A DNA stretch of 64,000 nucleotides from Eledone cirrhosa (GCA_964016885.1 OZ024746.1:5146001-5210000), one strand, 5' to 3'. Shown: positions 49,418-62,580, counted from the stretch's first letter. Numbers and translations: made by a program. The notes: generated by a model not told the origin, from the sequence alone.

Positions 49418-49746
49418 CACTCACATATATATATATATATATATATATATGAGTATATATATCTACATCTATATATATATGTGTGTATATCTATATATAT
49501 GTAGGTATATATATAGACTTAGACACACATGTATATATATATATATAAACTCTCACAGGCACACACACATACGCTTATACATACATATGTATATACAATA
49601 TGAATATATATCAAACATTTTCAACGTTAATTTCAAGTCTGAAGTTTTATAACTTTTGTTTAGAAACATGCATATGCTGTAAATGTTTAGTTTATTCCCA
49701 TCCTTCACGGGTAAACATACACTTATATATATATATATATATATAT

Positions 49747-50810
49747 ATAACAAAGGAATTGTGGTAAGGAACCAGATGGACCATAACGCACCAGAGTACT
49801 CAATACTTAGGGTAGTAGAGTGGGAAATAGGAAAAAGTATAACCCCGACGGCAGCGCTCAAGCCGTTTCAACGGCTATTTCTGGACTAAATTAGAATTTT
49901 TAGCCTGGTGAATAAATAGCCAAACTTGTCAAGGGGGTACTTCCTTATATGGGAGGATTGTAGTTGTCAAGAGGATTGGTTAAAATTTGTTGTAAACACA
50001 AATAAGTCTATCATGGCATTTGGTGGGAGGTAGGGGTGGCTGAACTTGCCTGTAGAACAATAGGGGAGTGAGTGGAACGGTCAAGCGTTGAAGGTGATAT
50101 GTATACAGCAGATTCTAAGGATAGTGTATGAAGTGGAGGAGGGAGGTTATAGAATAGGTAAATCGAACGAGAGTAGGAGACAATAAAAGATAATAGAAAG
50201 AAATAAAAAATATATAAAATTAGATAGTGAGAAATGAATAAAAAAAATCACAATGCTATCTTACAATTACAGGGTAATAAGTTGAGAATAGAAAAAACTT
50301 GTAGAAATTGAGTAGTAACAAAACTGATACAAAATTAAAGGGGTCTAACACATCTGCTATAAGTAGTTAGTAAAACGTATTCGGCCAATTCTATCTTAAA
50401 ATTACAGGGGTGGGGGAACTGATGCTACAAAGGCCCGATGTGCTGCATCGGGGTAGGCGAAAGGGGAAAAGCAGACGAGGAAAAAAATAGGGGTAGAAGG
50501 AGTGATAGGATGAGACAGAGGGAAGAAGAAGACAATGAGGAAAAGAAAAGAAAAGAGATACATCTACCTATGTAAGCTAGGGTCTCCCCTAACTTATTCG
50601 GTAAGTGGGGGTATCAGCCCTTGTCTACCCTAGGTAAGTCCTACGCAATCTGTGTTTGCATGCTGTTACCAGTTCGTCTTTCTTGTTTAGGAGTTGGTCC
50701 TTCGAAAACAGCATTTGTAATGTTTCCTCCGAGCATAAGTTACACGGACGGCGTCCTCCCGTGTAAGAGTTAGCTCTGGACAGTAAGCTCGTCCACCATG
50801 TAGAAATCAC
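49747..50810 (-). mobile_element. 5'-truncated Naiad-type PLE: endonuclease C-terminus, ~880-nt 3' UTR, family A terminus and tail
   Basis: ANSYTGGRRPCNLCSEE..LLNKKDELVTACKHR (CxxC..LN..EL..CxH) at 50625-50800, continuous with family A sequence at 49747-49900. Confidence 0.85.
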
Positions 50811-51007
50811 CCACCATGTAGAAATCTTATAATGAAACGATCATTTGGGGAATGAGATCTTTTATATATCTCATATAAAATAATACAGCCTATTATCCAC
50901 ACAATACAATATAGTTAGCACTCCAAACGTTTAATTGGGAATATACTCCAGTATTTCCTAATGTTTGTTGAATGAGTTGTAAATTGGTCGGAGTATCTCC
51001 GTTTATG

Positions 51008-51081
<74 letters not shown>

Positions 51082-52114
51082 CACTCGTACGTGTGTGTGT
51101 GCGTGTATATAGTTGTGTATGTATATATGGGGTTGTTAGTACCGCAATATAAATTATCATAGCTACGCCTGACCGCAACTCATTAACATCTATCAATTTG
51201 TTTCTAACCTAAACCTTGGTTTTCATTGTTCAAGGGGTTTTAGGTCGTTACTTACATAACAACTCTCTATTTCCATCCACACCCTTTATATTAGCCCGTT
51301 TTTCTTTCATTATACGTAAGTAATATATTCACTGTATTCAAGAGAATGTAATATTTATGAAAGAAATATTTCCATGCATGTATTTATTTGGACACATCTG
51401 AATTTCTTTGTATTTCCCCACATCCACACGCCCCCCTATACACCCCACCCATACATACATAACCCACACCTTCACACCCACCTCCACACACAAACATATA
51501 TATATATATATATACACTCACATATTTATGTATGCATAACATATATATATATGTATATATATATATATATGCATACATAATACACACATAATGTGTGTAT
51601 ATATATATATATATACACTCACATATTTATGTATGCATAGCGTATATATATGAATATATATATATGCATACATACACACACGTATGTAGATACACACACA
51701 CATATATATATATATATGTATATGAATTCAAATGTATTTAATTTTCCTATTAGAGTTACGGTATTTCCACGCTTGCTTGAATACAAAAACACGAACCTCC
51801 ACCACACTTTTATATCGATCTAGGAAAATGCCGACGTGTGTATACATACATATTTACATACATAATTACATACACACACGCGCATATATATATATATATA
51901 TCCGTGCAGGGAGGTGGTGCGTGTGTGTGTCTGAGTGTATAGAATCTGTGGTGCTGAGACCGGGGAGACCACTAACCATGGGAGTACTCAATACATGGGG
52001 AGATGCATGGGGAGTGGGTATAGAGACATGTATATATACTTATCTCTCTCCACCCTCCCTCTCTCTCACACACACATATATATATACATATATATATATA
52101 CATATATATATATA

Positions 52115-52443
52115 CAATGATATTAAATAAATGGAAACTATATTTATAAAACGATATTTATTTTATTATATATATTTCAAGGGTAACCAAGACAACATTG
52201 GTACGCTTTCATCAGATAAAATACAAAGTTTGTTTCATAAATATTTTATCTGATGAAAGCGTACCCATGTTGTCTTGGTTGCCCTTGAAATATATATAAT
52301 AAAATAAATATCATTTTATAAATATAGTTTCCATTTATTTAATATCATTGAATATTTACTCCAGTAATCTGTTGACTGCTCTAAATCAGTTATAAACATT
52401 TATGTTTGTGGGACTTCCAACAAATTAAATACAACTTCTACTT
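52115..52443 (+). mobile_element. Family C PLE terminus: arms 52115-52223 and 52242-52350, tail 52351-52443
   Basis: 109-bp inverted arms with an 18-bp spacer; two hammerheads; TA-flanked. Confidence 0.85.
52242..52306 (+). ncRNA. Minimal hammerhead ribozyme (mirror copy at 52159-52223 on minus)
   Basis: TATTTTAT-CTGATGA-AAG..CTT-GAAA-TATATA-TA-ATAAAATA. Confidence 0.85.
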
Positions 52444-52457
52444 ATATATATATATAT

Positions 52458-52595
52458 TTATTAAAATAACAGATTAAAGTTTAATCTGTTGTTTTAATAC
52501 ATATTTGCTCTAGGATTCTTATATATTTAATATATATTTATCCTTATCGAGCTCTCTTTGGATTTTAGTCTTCACATTTATTATTATTACTATTA

Positions 52596-52600
<5 letters not shown>
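52458..52600 (+). mobile_element. Family D terminus, short fold-back plus tail
   Basis: TAAAATAACAGATTAAA-G-TTTAATCTGTTGTTTTA followed by a tail homologous to 5530-5650. Confidence 0.65.
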
Positions 52601-52660
<60 letters not shown>

Positions 52661-52863
52661 ATACTTGGGGAGGGTCATATTTGTGTAATATTGCCAGAAT
52701 TAATAACAGAACACACTCACTGTTTGGTTGGTTTTCGCTTTTCGCTTCTGTGTCTTTTATATCGGTAATCTAATTTACTCGGTCCTCAGTGTTGCCATTG
52801 ACTGACCGACGGTCAAAAATAATACAGATACAATATAGACACAAACACATATATATAGTTTAT

Positions 52864-52902
52864 CAAAGTTCTTTCGTTGCACATCTGCAACATCGTCAGT
52901 TG
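52864..52902 (-). ncRNA. Hammerhead ribozyme (family F-related element 52655-53200)
   Basis: CAA-CTGACGA-T-GTTGCA GATG TGCAAC-GAAA-GAAC-TT-TG; stem II covaries with 24652 and 56595. Confidence 0.7.
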
Positions 52903-53508
52903 TGCTATTGTTTCCTCCCGTTACATTGTATGTCTACGCCATCTTTATTTAGTCTGTTTATATATTTATTTATTTATTTGTTTGTTCGTTTATTTTATTT
53001 TGTCTTCTTTGCGCATGCGTTTGCGTGTGTGTATAGTGTTTTGTTTGATGTGTGTTCGTGCTTGGGTGACTGTGTATTGGTTAATGTATTCTATCTTTAC
53101 TAGTGTGTGTTTATATGTGTTTGTTGTTATTGTGCTTGTGTATGTATTTATTTATTTATATATGAATGTGTGGGTACTTTTATGTATACATGTCACTAGG
53201 TCTCCTCTACTCTGCCTCCGTCTGACCAATGGTATTACATGCATCATACTTCTCAGTAAATTATATTCAGTGTATTCAGACTGAGACATTGTAAGTTATG
53301 TAGATAAAACGTTACATGTAACATGTAATAGTAATTGGTTGCCTACTTTTTCAGTAATTGTTCAGGCGTGACTTCAGAGTAATTTTGACATGTATTGATT
53401 GAACAGAATATTATTCAACCATACCAACTCTGAGAAAACAATAAAACTGTGGCATTTAGCATTTATTGTAATATTCACCAAGCTTTAATATATATTAGCC
53501 GTGTAGAA

Positions 53509-53576
<68 letters not shown>

Positions 53577-55130
53577 TATCTAATATATATCTATATCTAT
53601 ATCTATCTATATATAGTGGATATATATATACGTATATATATCCGTATACATATATTAATACATATATGTATATGATGTATATGTGTATGTATGTATGTAT
53701 GTATGTATGTATGTATGTATGTATGTATGTGTGTATGTATGTGTGTATGTATGTATGTATGTATGTATGTATGTATGTATGTATGTATGTATGTATGTAT
53801 GTGTGTGTGTATGTATGTATGTGTGTATGTATGTATGTGTGTATGTATGTGTGTACGCATGTGTGTATGTATGTGTGTATGTATGTATGTATGTATGTAT
53901 GTATGTATGTATGTATGTATGTATGTATGTATGTATTATGTATGAATGTGTTATATATGCACGCAAAAATTCAAACAGAAATAACAAAGCAAACGGTATA
54001 GTACAATGAAGAAATATATTAGCTTGATATAGTAGGTAAAGAGTTTCTGACGTTAGTCCTTCATTAGAATATAGAATGAGAAATTAATGAAAGAAGAGTA
54101 AGATAGAGAAGAGTGAGTAGTCACAGAAACGAAAGAAAAAACATTTTTTTTTTGAGAAAAAGTAGTTCTGTTCAGGCCACCATCTTTTGGAAAACTGTTG
54201 AATTTAGCATTAAACTATGTATGTATGTATGTATGTATGTATGTATGTATGTATGTATGTATGTATGTATGTATGTATGTATGTATGTATGTATGTATGT
54301 ATGTATGTATGTATGTCAGGTCACCAGTTGGTGCTACTGGTAACATGTATCCCAGTACAACCTGTCTCATGGTCGGGTCGTTGGCGACTAAACTGGCAAC
54401 CCCACCAAGGTTTCTTGGTGAGGAGGGTGACTTTGGACATCCTGCAGGACTAAAAACAAAACATATACAATGATGTTGACTTGTTCTTCTTTTTGGTAAA
54501 TATCATCTTGGTTAAGAGAGTGGGACTGGCTTTGTGCAGTGCCTTTGCTCACTATAAAAGCTTCACGGCACAGGCATTGCTTTATATCTGGAGATCTCTC
54601 TGCACTTGTCGTCACATGATACCATGGGCCCAGCACTATGTGTCAATAATTGTCACAAGTGTAGTGTTTGTACCAGAGTTTTCAAGTCGCTGGCTGGACT
54701 AAAAAGTCACACTCGTTCAGCGCATCGGTAGGGGTTCTCCTACATGGATATAAAGTAGTGGCCGTACTCGAAAACGAGTTGGTAGCCACCATGTATGTAT
54801 GTTCTTCTGGTTTTATAATTTCACAAATTTTTACCAATAGAGAGTCGGTTCCTAACATAGACACAAGACTCTCTCATTGGAATTTACACATCAACTAGGT
54901 AGATATGCATGCATGTGTAGATATAGATGTTATTGTATGTGTGGATATGTATGTTTTGAGTTGTATCTCTACTTGTGTATATGCAGTTATTAGATGCAAA
55001 ATATGTATGTATATATGTATGTATGTAAGAAACAATTTAAGGATGTCATACAAGAAATCTTAAAGCCCTGGAGATTGATATGGAGAACTGGGAGAGACTG
55101 ATTATTTAACACACGAGTTACAAATGCTCA

Positions 55131-55985
55131 TCTATATATCTAAAGCAGAGAATATCTGTCTGTCTGTCCCCCTAAAACTCGAGAACCACCAAACCGATTT
55201 TTTTCAAACTTTACACATGTAATACTTATAGTCGTGTGAGTGTTTTGAGCAAAAATTATTTCAAATTTTCAATGCCCTAGTAACCGCATTAGGCGAAAAC
55301 CCGCATATAAAGGCTTTTTTGAGGCATAACGGAACAATAATCCAGGCGATTTCTTCAAAATTTGCATTACTTATGTCGTCTAAAGTATTTTGAATAAAAA
55401 AGATTTTCTCATTTTTTGCCTCAGGGACCGCATTAGGCGAAAAACCAATTTTAAAAAGCATTTTGGTTGCGTTAGGGCCTGTAACTCGAGAAGTACCCAA
55501 CCGATTTTTTTAAATCTTTTCATATGCATTACGTATGTTCCACAAATTTTCCTGACTGAAAAAGATTTGAAATGTTTGCCCGGGGACCGCATTGTTTAGT
55601 ATTTTGGTTGCGTTAGGGCCTGTAACCTTAAAAGTATCCAACTAAATTCCTTGAAGCTCTCCACCACTGCAGTCCCACATGCTTACTGCTCTGTAACTAT
55701 TGCTGTCATTGTACCATAGCACAACAAATACATGTTCGGTTTGTCGAATGCCTTTTTATTTAACCCTATCGTTTGGGCTTTTGTGGGTTGAACATTTTAC
55801 TCTCAGGCACCCAATTAAGTTAAACCCCTGGTAATCTACGACGAATTTTTTTTATAAACACAAAATGTAGACACCATCCCCAGTCCGAAGTATTCCGTAC
55901 TTCTCTGTACTGTTTCAGAAGGGGGGGGGGGTAAACATGCCAATCTATGTTTAGAATCCCGAGCAACGCCGGGCCATTCTGCTAG
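55131..55985 (+). mobile_element. Non-autonomous Helitron
   Basis: A|TCTATATATC 5' end, subterminal (TGTC)n, 3' hairpin CCCGAGCAACGCCGGG, CTAG|T end; internal ACCGCATTAGGCGA subrepeats. Confidence 0.9.
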
Positions 55986-56308
55986 TATTCACTAAAATAT
56001 GACACTTGCGTTCTTTTGGTGCGAGGGTACTACCAAATACGGCGCCTAATCACGTGACAATCCTCAACCTATCAAATTGTATTTCAAACATATAACAATT
56101 TGAACCAATTCTTTTGTATAAAACTTAAAGAAATTCCCAACATCAGTTAGATGCGAGATACAAGTCGGCATAGTCACATATCGCTCCTCTGTTAACGTTT
56201 GAAAACCATGAAACTTGTTAAACCAGTAGAAGTTATAAATGATTGTAAATAAACCTTCAATTGCATTTTCAAATGATTGTAAATAAACCTCCAATTGCAT
56301 TTTCAACT

Positions 56309-56385
<77 letters not shown>

Positions 56386-56388
<3 letters not shown>

Positions 56389-56780
56389 TTTCTGAATTTG
56401 TTTAGAAAGATTCTTTATCTGAAAACGTGTGTTGAAACCAATATTGTTATACTTTGGGAGGGTCATGTTGCCAATAAGAAACACACGCACCAGTTGCTTT
56501 CACTTCAATTTATTATAATAAATTTATAAATTTACGAATTTATAAATTTCTGGCTGGTTGGTTGGTTCCACAACCAGATGGTTGTTTATATATTGTCAAA
56601 GTTCTTTCGTCACACATTCTGTGACCTCTTCAGTGACTGGGGGTTCTTTTCTTTGTTTTTTATGCCTCTCCTTTGTTCTGTCCTACGCCATCTTGTTGAT
56701 GGCGTAGGACAGAACAAAGGAGACGCATTGGTGCGTGTGTTTCTTATTGGCAACATGACCCCCCCAAAGTATAACAATAT
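56386..56780 (-). mobile_element. Family F terminus: tail, long arm and discontinuous inverted arm
   Basis: Tail 56386-56443; inverted segments ~56698-56722 and ~56728-56780. Confidence 0.75.
56595..56638 (-). ncRNA. Minimal hammerhead ribozyme (family F)
   Basis: GTCA-CTGAAGA-G-GTCACA GAATG TGTGAC-GAAA-GAAC-TT-TGAC. Confidence 0.75.
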
Positions 56781-56822
56781 ATATATATATATATGTATGT
56801 AAAATTATATATATATATGTAT

Positions 56823-56948
56823 GTAAAAGGTAAACAAAAATAACAAACCAATCGGTATAAAAGACCCTCTTCCTGCTATATTAAGCGTTAACCTAATATA
56901 TACCTTCCATATACTGTACCGATTGTGTTGTTATTTCTGTTTACCTTT

Positions 56949-56950
<2 letters not shown>
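56823..56950. mobile_element. Family G terminus, fold-back
   Basis: AAAGGTAAAC..AATCGGTA paired with TACCGATT..GTTTACCTTT; homologous to 46483-46575. Confidence 0.7.
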
Positions 56951-56998
<48 letters not shown>

Positions 56999-57003
56999 CA
57001 CAT

Positions 57004-57040
<37 letters not shown>

Positions 57041-57210
57041 AAACTCTGCATCATACCATCATCGAATAGTTCTTTGGTTTGTGTTCTTCCTGGTCCCAGT
57101 ACCGCAGATTATCAATATATACATACATGTACACACACAAACATACACATACACATACAGACATCCATGCATAAATATACATATATGCTATAGATGAAGG
57201 GAGAGAGAGT

Positions 57211-57262
<52 letters not shown>

Positions 57263-57393
57263 TAAAGAAAGATTAGTAATGTACTTTCCCCGACCTTATC
57301 ATCAACACCCATTTACATCGCTATAACCTCCCTGTAAATATATTCATATTATTAGGGAATTTTCAAAAAAACAACTTCAACGGTTGATGAATA

Positions 57394-57491
<98 letters not shown>

Positions 57492-57545
57492 ATATAAATA
57501 ATAAATAATAATAATAATAATAATAAATAATAATAAAATATTTTA

Positions 57546-57623
<78 letters not shown>

Positions 57624-57625
57624 CT

Positions 57626-57742
57626 AATTTGGGTAGTAGAGTGGGTAATAGGAAAAGGTTCAGGACCCCGACTGAATTTAGTCCAGAAATAGCCGTCGAA
57701 ACGGCTTGAGCTCTGCCGTCGGGGTCCTGAACCTTTTCCTAT
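57626..57742. mobile_element. Family A terminus (third subfamily), fold-back with partial tail
   Basis: AGGAAAAGGTTCAGGACCCCGAC / GTCGGGGTCCTGAACCTTTTCCT. Confidence 0.8.
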
Positions 57743-57767
57743 ATATATATATATGTACGCGAATATA

Positions 57768-57815
<48 letters not shown>

Positions 57816-57819
57816 TTAA

Positions 57820-57870
57820 AGTTTAAGCAAAGAATTGATGCTTTCATCCTTAACGGGATCTTCTGAAACT
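57820..57870 (-). ncRNA. Hammerhead-like RNA with variant core CAGAAGA (family D)
   Basis: AGTTT-CAGAAGA-TCCCGTTAAGGAT-GAA-AGCA..TGCT-T-AAACT; all three stems can form. Confidence 0.6.
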
Positions 57871-57923
57871 AAAGAAACCAATCTGTGAACGCAGAATTAA
57901 ATATTTCGAAAAACGTTACACAC

Positions 57924-57989
<66 letters not shown>

Positions 57990-58089
57990 GCGTCATAATG
58001 TTGTAATGCAGACAGATAGACATACAGACAAATATTATAAGGGCGCAACGTTATATCTATGTATCTATCTAAAAAGAAAGACTGAGAAT

Positions 58090-58244
58090 TATAGAGAGAG
58101 ATCGCTAAATCGCCTAATGCGGTCCCCAGGGCATTGACAATTTGAAATTGTCTTTTCTCAAAACACTCACAGGACCATAAGTATTACATGTGTACAGTTT
58201 GAAAACAATCGGTTGGGTGGTTCTCGAATTTTAGGGAGTCAGTC

Positions 58245-58281
<37 letters not shown>

Positions 58282-58303
58282 TTCTCTGTTTTAGATATAT
58301 AGA
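58090..58303 (-). mobile_element. 5' fragment of the same Helitron family as 55131-55985
   Basis: Reverse complement of 55131-55295. Confidence 0.85.
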
Positions 58304-58571
58304 TATATATATACCTATAAACACTCACCACTTACACACACACACCACATACACACACGCACACAGACACATATATATATATATATACACATATATATAT
58401 ACACATATATACGTACCTCGAAATATACATGTCCAATATAGATTTTTCAAGCATTCTCACTAGCTACACATATATTGATCCCTGATTCAATATACATGAA
58501 GCGAAATACATCCACTTAATACTATATAGCCGCCCTACAAACACTACACCTCCCCCCACACATTTGCAGAT

Positions 58572-58625
<54 letters not shown>

Positions 58626-58661
58626 GTGTGTGGGGGTGTAGTGTTTGTAGGACGGGTATAT

Positions 58662-58711
<50 letters not shown>

Positions 58712-58969
58712 GTAAATGATTAGGTTAATAGTGTCAAATTTTGATGTGTAATATCACGGTCTCTTAAGCTTTAGGATAGAAAGTGAAATATCAAAAGATG
58801 TAGCGTTCTATAAATGCCTATAGTTTACAATGGGTGGGATTAGTGCTGTAGATGCTAAGTAAACCAACAAAGAGCCAATTCACAGGCACAGATTCTGACT
58901 ACTATTGTAGCAACAAATTGTCTCGAAGACCAAGATGCAGCGCGAGCGTATTAGAATTCATAGAATAAT

Positions 58970-59152
58970 TGTTTCTACTTTTGGCACAAGGCCAGCAATT
59001 ATCCCAGTGTATTACTGGTACTTTATTTTATCGACCCCGTAAGGATGAAAGACAAAATTAACCTCGGCGGGATTTGAACTCAGACCACAAAGGGCCGTAA
59101 CTCTTTGCTGCAAAGCATGGCGTCCGACCCTCTACCGATACTGCCAATCCAC
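58970..59152 (-). mobile_element. tRNA-derived SINE with TSD TAGAATAAT
   Basis: Family match; TSD at 58961-58969 and 59153-59161. Confidence 0.88.
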
Positions 59153-59259
59153 TAGAATAATGAGAATAATTCACCGCAAGAATAGCTGTTAAAACTGAAA
59201 ATGCCGTCAATAACAGCGTTGAGCTTTAACAGTTATTCTTGCGTTGAGTTTAGTGATAG

Positions 59260-59480
59260 TATCCGCACACCCGTTCCTGACCTCCTTATCAGCCAGCGCC
59301 TCTCCCTTTATTCTGCAGGTCAAGCTGGATCTGCCAGTTTTGTAGGTTTTCTTGGCTTTAGTGTCAGACTGCAGATAACTAGATGGTGATCGGTTGACAG
59401 CCCAGCCTCTCTCTTAACATCCACCACAGAATCAGAGATCAATTACTGGTCTCTAGCTGATTTCCCTTATACTATTTGTA
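59260..59480 (-). pseudogene. LINE (RTE-like) APE-endonuclease C-terminal fragment
   Basis: VVDVKREAGLSTDHHLVICSL (SDH-type motif); shares sequence with 62538-62580. Confidence 0.6.
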
Positions 59481-59714
59481 TTTATGGAGGTCTTTGTGCT
59501 GGGAGAAGGTGGTCATAATAGAGAATCCATTACTAGAACATAAATCCAATAAGGCCTCTCCAGTGGTGTTTATGGTTCGGCTGAACAGTTCATGGGCTGA
59601 CCAAGATACTCTCGTGGAATGACCAAATGAGGTTTATTTATCAATATAGTCCCTTGAATGAAACAGTGCAGTTATTAATAAGAAGAGTTGAAATCAATGC
59701 AAGCAAGATTTTAC

Positions 59715-59840
59715 AGCTCTAGCATCACTCTTTCATAGTTAGCCTATGCATTTTTCACAGCTTTAGAATCACTCTTCCATAGTCAGCCTATGAACGTTTC
59801 ACAGCTCCAGCATCACTCCTTCATAGTTAGCCTATGAACT
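59715..59840. repeat. ~44-bp tandem repeat, 3 copies
   Basis: ACAGCTYYAGMATCACTCYTYCATAGTYAGCCTATG. Confidence 0.85.
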
Positions 59841-59890
59841 CTCCAAGCTACGAACACTCCAGTCTACCCTCGTAAGAGTTCCTATTATCA

Positions 59891-60081
59891 TCTATCTATG
59901 CATATATATAAAATTGAAATTGTCTGTGTGTGTGTGTCCTAAGTTTTGCAAAGTATATACAAACCCACATTTCTACTCCGATTGACTTCAAACTTGCATT
60001 TATATATTCCTTGCTGTCTAAAGATGTTAACTGCAGCTTTTACTTTTCAATTTTTTTTTTATTAAAGGCGTGTCAGGCGTT

Positions 60082-60144
<63 letters not shown>

Positions 60145-61320
60145 CCCTCTCTCTCTCTCTCTCACTCTCTCTCTCTCTCTCTCTCTCTCTATTAGTCTGT
60201 CTTTTTAGATATATACAAAGCTATAAGGTCGCACCCTTATAATATCTGTATGTATGCCTGGCTGTCTGCATTACGACAATATGACAAATATTGTTCTCAT
60301 TGATGACGTATTTTCTTCGCTATTTTCCGTTCATTGCCAGGAAACGTCTTCACGAACCAAATTATCGTCTTCCTGTTTTCCTTCGGTTGCAACGTTTTTA
60401 TAAATATTTACTTCTGCGTTCACAGATTGATTCTTTTAGTTTCAGAAGATCCCGTTAAGGGTGAAAGCACACGTTGTAAGCAATGTCAATGTTACTTCTG
60501 CTACATAGGACTCCATTACCACTGAACTTTCACCTTTGCGTTCTGCATTTCCATCCGCAGGCCAACATAGTAGTCAGTTTATTGAGGGAAGAACAGAAAG
60601 GTCTCGAATTTGCCGTCCAAAAAACCCATTGACAATAACGAAAACCGCTAACTTCAACACAGAATGATACATTGTAGGTCGCTTTAACCCATCTTTTATT
60701 AATCAAAAAACTTCTTGCCAATAAACATTAACCCGTTGTGCGCCATTCATCTATCATTCAAATACCAACTAAACGGAGCGTTGACAAGAACGATGGCGAA
60801 TGAATCTTCGAGGTAAGCAGTTTCCTCCCGAGCTGTTAGTTTCAAAGATATGTGCATCTGGCAGATGGATCGGGTGCAAATAAACACCAGGGCTACGCGA
60901 GAAATTTGCAAGGGACTGCACCGAGAGAGGTAGAGAGAAAGAGTAACTTAGTGGAAAGAGTGCGAATGAACTTTTGAGGTAAGTAGCCTCCGCCTTACTG
61001 CTATGGCACTGGAACCTTCTGTCAACTTAACCTGTGACTTTCTCTTTCACATTTACTCCAATAGGCCAAAACAGAGTGGAATCGCCGGGGGACAACTGTC
61101 GCAGAAGGAGTATGAAAAGAAGGGGCTCAACAATATTTCTATGAACAATGCACGTAGACAGCTAAACTTCACTTTCAACTTCTTAATTTTCTCCAAATAA
61201 AACAAGTTTTGTGTCGGTATATTTTCGTGAGTTTTTAACAGGCACTCACAAATAAACGTTTCTCATTGGAGGTGTTATTACCAATGTTCTTACCCGTGCA
61301 ACGCCGGGATACACTGCTAG
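59891..61320 (+). mobile_element. Non-autonomous Helitron with nested repeats
   Basis: A|TCTAT start, CCGATTGACTTCAAACTT 5' motif, 3' hairpin CCCGTGCAACGCCGGG, CTAG|T; that both ends belong to one element is inferred. Confidence 0.7.
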
Positions 61321-61659
61321 TATTATATATTTCTAACTCCTCAACGTTCTTGTCACGTCTTTCCTCCAGTAATAATATAACCTTTCATTGTGAACAGAAG
61401 AGAACATAGAGATATCTAAACATAAAACAAGAAGTTGATTTATACGAATATTTCATTTATTGAAAACTGAATTTCTATAATCTCTGTGTTAAAAAAATAT
61501 ACATGTTAGTCAAGATGGCTGCAATATCAAGTAACAAATATATTCTTTTATCAATTAACAAATATATTCTTAATCAAGGTTGAATAGAACTAATGAAATC
61601 CAATTTCATTCACGCTTTCCTAATTCACATATGTTAAATTCGGTGGTAAGCAGCGGGTC

Positions 61660-61758
61660 AACCGATAGCTCAGTTTGTAGCGCACGGGATTCTAGTTTGT
61701 TAAACTTAGTTTGTAAGACTTAGATTGTTGGTTCGAATCGTAAGGTAAATCTTTTTTT
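61660..61758 (+). pseudogene. Degenerate intron-containing tRNA-Tyr-like relic
   Basis: GATAGCTCAGTTTGTAG (A box), GATTCTAG plus ~21-nt insert, CTTAGATTGTTGGTTCGAATC (B box), T7 run at 61752; stems broken. Confidence 0.5.
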
Positions 61759-62229
61759 CTCCAAATGCCGTCACGGATACCTACCTTACACATCATGAAC
61801 TGAAGGGCTGCGAATAGTAGAAACATATAGTAGAGTAAAATAACAAGTACTCACCAGTAATGGAATTTTGAAATAAGTAATGTGAGATCGTGTAAAGTCC
61901 GGTATTTATGGTCATCAACATCATTTCAATATCTACTTTGCCATGTTTAGACGGGGTGTCTTACAGTGAGATGTCCTTCCTGGTACCAACACTTTTAAAT
62001 ATCTCTTACATGCAGTGTTATGATGCACCTTTTAAACATTACAGCTCACCTTCCTAAGTAATGGTTTACCTTTGTAAGCAATGGTTCACCTTTCTAAACA
62101 ATAGAACATCGGTATAAGCAATGACACGAGGATGCACCTTTCTGAAGAGAGAAGAACTCCAGATGAGTTCCTGATAGCAGGCTCGAAGGTGAACTTCTTA
62201 CTATGAAGTCAGTGGATTATCTGCCAGAA

Positions 62230-62580
62230 CACTTTAGTTGTTGATCTAAAGTCAGATTATAGCTTAACCCTTTACTGTTTCTGCTGTGACTTTTCACACC
62301 TGCTTGTACCACACGTGCAACAAGGAGGACTTGTTTCCAAGCCAAGCTTTGTAAGGCTCCTTCTTTTCTTGGATAGCATCTTTAACCTCCTGATAGAACC
62401 ATGAGGTCCTCCTGCTACCCAGTGCCACTCCAATCTGCTTTTGCTCACAACCTATAACAGCTGAATCAGAAACCGTTGAGCTGAACAGTTTGTTCAGGGA
62501 TATATCTGAATTTGGATGTGATAGTATTTGCTTACCTGGTCCTGACCTCTTTATCAGCCACCGCCTCTCCCTTTATTCTT
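62230..62580 (-). pseudogene. LINE (RTE-like) ORF2 endonuclease-RT linker fragment
   Basis: RRTSWFYQEVKDAIQEKKEPYKAWL resembles WWxxEVKxAIxxKKxAYKxW. Confidence 0.65.

Noticed and set aside
54315-55100. RTE-related fragments (QFKDVIQEILKALEIDMENWE at ~55030-55100)
   Set aside because: Plausible but too short and fragmented to delimit
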